Positions 30,226 through 32,000 of a stretch of DNA of 32,000 nt are shown in pieces. Each line of letters starts with the position of its first letter. Position 1 is the stretch's first letter. Location: the NCBI GenBank assembly GCA_942493095.1, contig OW818675.1, positions 360,001-392,000 on the forward strand. Reading direction: 5' to 3'. The position numbers and the translations under genes were made by a program. The DNA comes from Candidatus Electronema halotolerans (GTDB lineage Bacteria; Desulfobacterota; Desulfobulbia; Desulfobulbales; Desulfobulbaceae). The notes beneath the pieces are model-generated. The model worked only from the letters and a program-made list of their open reading frames with translations, was not told the origin of the DNA and searched no databases.

Positions 30226-32000
30226 ATGCAACACAACACGCTCAAAAAAAAGGTCTTGGCAGTCATGTTCGTGCCGCTGCTGCTGGTCTCGTGCAACCGC
30301 CAGGATGAGAAAAAAGAAGCCCAGACTCCGAACCAGATTGTCAAGCAGGAGGAGGCAGCCAAGCCTGCGTCCATGCTCACGCTGGTGCCGGATGACACAG
30401 TCTTTTTTTTCGGCGGACTGGAGCCGGTGCCTCTGAAAGAGCTGCTGCAATGGAATGTCAACCGTTTCAAAATGCCGAAAAGTTTTGATCCCAAAGAGCT
30501 GCTGGAACCAGCCCGGAAAAAGGCTGAGACCCCAGGGCAGCGCATGGCCCTTCAGCTCTGGGCGGATTATTACGAAACCGCAGTCTCGCAGCAAGCCGCC
30601 TTGGCAAGCTGGGGCATTCCTGACAATCCGCTGCTTGCCTCTTACGCAGTCGGCCTGTCGCCAGTGCTCCGCATCAGTTTGGATGATGTCGGCAAGTTCA
30701 ATAAGAAAATTGAGGAAATGGAGGTCAAGGCGCAGGCCAAGGCCGAGCCGGAGACCTTGGGCAAGTTTGCTTGGAGACGCTATCCCCTGACCGAAAGCGG
30801 GCTGAAAATGAGCCTGATCATCGGCACGGACAGCAATGATGCGGTGTTCATGCTTGATGTCGGGGCAGACAGCGAAGATGCGCTTGCCTTGGCCATAGGC
30901 CGCCGCAAGCCGATGAAATCATTGGCCGAGAGCAAACGGCTTGAGTCGCTGCAAGCCAAGTACAGCCTGAATCCAGCCTTTATCGGCTATATTGATCACC
31001 GCCAGATTGTCACTGGCCTGACCACCAAAGACGGCAACTGGATGGCGAAAATGGTGCAGAAGCTTGCCCCGCAGCTGCCAAAGAAGGCGGCACGGTCGCT
31101 CGCTGCACTGCAAGCAGAAGGCTGCCAGAAGGATTTCACGGCCATTGCCGACAATTGGCCGCAGACGGTTGGCGGCTACACGACTTTTGATCTGAAGGCA
31201 ACACCTTCCCGGATTGATTCCATCACCGTGGTGGAAAGCAAGGACAAGGCCCTGCTGGACGGCCTGCGCTCACTGCGCGGTTTTGTTCCTGATTACAGTA
31301 ATGACCAAGCGGCTTTTTCCTTCGGCCTTGGTCTGAATATGGAAAACATTGCTCCCTTGCTCGTTCAGCAATGGAAGGATTTCACGGCCAAGCAGTACAG
31401 CTGCCCGCTGCTCCAAGAAATGCAGGCGGATGTGAAGCGGAAGAATCCTATGGCGGCCAGCATAGCCACCAGCATGGCCGCTGGAGTGCGGGGCCTTGCC
31501 TTTTCGCTCTTTGATCTGCAGATGGAGCCGCCGACCGCAGAAGGACAGACCCCTATGCCCAAGAGCCTTGACGCGCTCCTCAGTCTGTCCGCCAAAGACC
31601 CGGTCAGTTTGCTGCAAAACTTTGGGTTATTTTTTCCGCCCTTAGCTGCCTTGGACCTGCCTGCGGACGGCAGTCCGGTCCCGCTGCCTGTGCCGGTTTC
31701 CTTGCCTGTGACTCCGTCAGCCGCTGTCAATGGCCAGCACCTGACAGTCTATGCTGGCGAGCAGGGAAAAAAGGCGGCCAAGGCTTTGGCAGACGCAGCT
31801 CTTGACTCCTCGCCAGGCATCATGGCCGCTTCGATTGATTACAGCAAATATTATCAGCTGGCCGGAGATTTGATCGCCTATAAAACAGGAGAGCAGAACG
31901 CTGATGTGGCGGCCCTTTTCGAGGCCATGAAAAAGGCGAAGCTGCGGGTGTCGATGAAGCTGGACTTCACTGAGCGGGGCATTGAAATGACCGCAGACAT
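30226..32000 (+). CDS. Large hypothetical lipoprotein (3' end beyond the window; >591 aa)
   Basis: I translated it by hand codon by codon from the ATG at 30226 to nt 32000 and found no stop. It is not in the supplied ORF track because it has no stop in the window. N-terminus MQHNTLKKKVLAVMFVPLLLVSC (lipobox). I recognise no family. Confidence 0.7.
   Translation, partial: MQHNTLKKKVLAVMFVPLLLVSCNRQDEKKEAQTPNQIVKQEEAAKPASMLTLVPDDTVFFFGGLEPVPLKELLQWNVNRFKMPKSFDPKELLEPARKKAETPGQRMALQLWADYYETAVSQQAALASWGIPDNPLLASYAVGLSPVLRISLDDVGKFNKKIEEMEVKAQAKAEPETLGKFAWRRYPLTESGLKMSLIIGTDSNDAVFMLDVGADSEDALALAIGRRKPMKSLAESKRLESLQAKYSLNPAFIGYIDHRQIVTGLTTKDGNWMAKMVQKLAPQLPKKAARSLAALQAEGCQKDFTAIADNWPQTVGGYTTFDLKATPSRIDSITVVESKDKALLDGLRSLRGFVPDYSNDQAAFSFGLGLNMENIAPLLVQQWKDFTAKQYSCPLLQEMQADVKRKNPMAASIATSMAAGVRGLAFSLFDLQMEPPTAEGQTPMPKSLDALLSLSAKDPVSLLQNFGLFFPPLAALDLPADGSPVPLPVPVSLPVTPSAAVNGQHLTVYAGEQGKKAAKALADAALDSSPGIMAASIDYSKYYQLAGDLIAYKTGEQNADVAALFEAMKKAKLRVSMKLDFTERGIEMTAD

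Noticed and set aside
1-32000. CRISPR arrays, rRNA, riboswitches, and in-frame TGA (selenocysteine) recoding
   Set aside because: I saw no regularly spaced direct repeats. None of the intergenic leaders resemble riboswitch cores I know. All recognised genes have uninterrupted frames. This was a by-eye scan only, so short or degenerate elements could have been missed.

Overview
This is a chromosomal window of about 55-58% G+C, judged by eye. Its gene content fits an anaerobic, Desulfobulbales/deltaproteobacterium-like organism: LL-DAP aminotransferase DapL, a split F0 locus atpZ-atpI-atpB-atpE, DUF3786, and COG1149-type MinD/ferredoxin ATPases. That taxonomic call is inference only; I ran no searches, and all protein calls rest on motifs I recognise in the supplied translations.

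Gene order:
- Plus strand, 1-4114: skp (5' partial), DUF3786 Fe-S protein, heptose-7-P kinase, yicC, remA, gmk.
- Minus strand, 4226-8624: xseA, ubiX, elbB, a strong terminator, then atpE, atpB, atpI, atpZ.
- 8661-10560: an AT-rich insertion with an Rpn/PD-(D/E)XK nuclease gene and two orphan small membrane/secreted ORFs.
- 10635-11927: hemL.
- 12136-13601: a second lower-GC island with a small acidic ORF and a 381-aa central-J-domain coiled-coil protein.
- Plus strand, 13620-19255: a degenerate thioredoxin-like secreted protein, trxA, trxB, bamD, an orphan GspE/PilB-type ATPase, and an AI-2E transporter.
- Minus strand, 19247-26544: dapL, a NifX-like gene plus two MinD/ferredoxin ATPases, a 437-aa membrane protein with tandem CREY-type domains, trmJ, a coiled-coil membrane protein, and tRNA-Ser(CGA).
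- Plus strand, 26690-32000: a tightly coupled operon of LEA_2 lipoprotein, AMMECR1, YkgJ Cys-cluster protein, BioB-like radical SAM enzyme and DUF62 SAM hydrolase, followed by a large lipoprotein that runs off the window.

Most noteworthy:
1. A two-part, roughly 210-nt module occurs twice in direct orientation and brackets the NifX/MinD cassette. It contains a 28-bp perfect palindrome whose two differences between copies are compensatory.
2. The LEA_2/AMMECR1/YkgJ/BioB-like/DUF62 operon is an unusual combination, and its BioB has Ser at the position of the first auxiliary-cluster Cys.
3. Two compositionally foreign islets flank hemL, and one sits 36 nt upstream of the F0 operon.

I found no CRISPR array, rRNA or obvious prophage.
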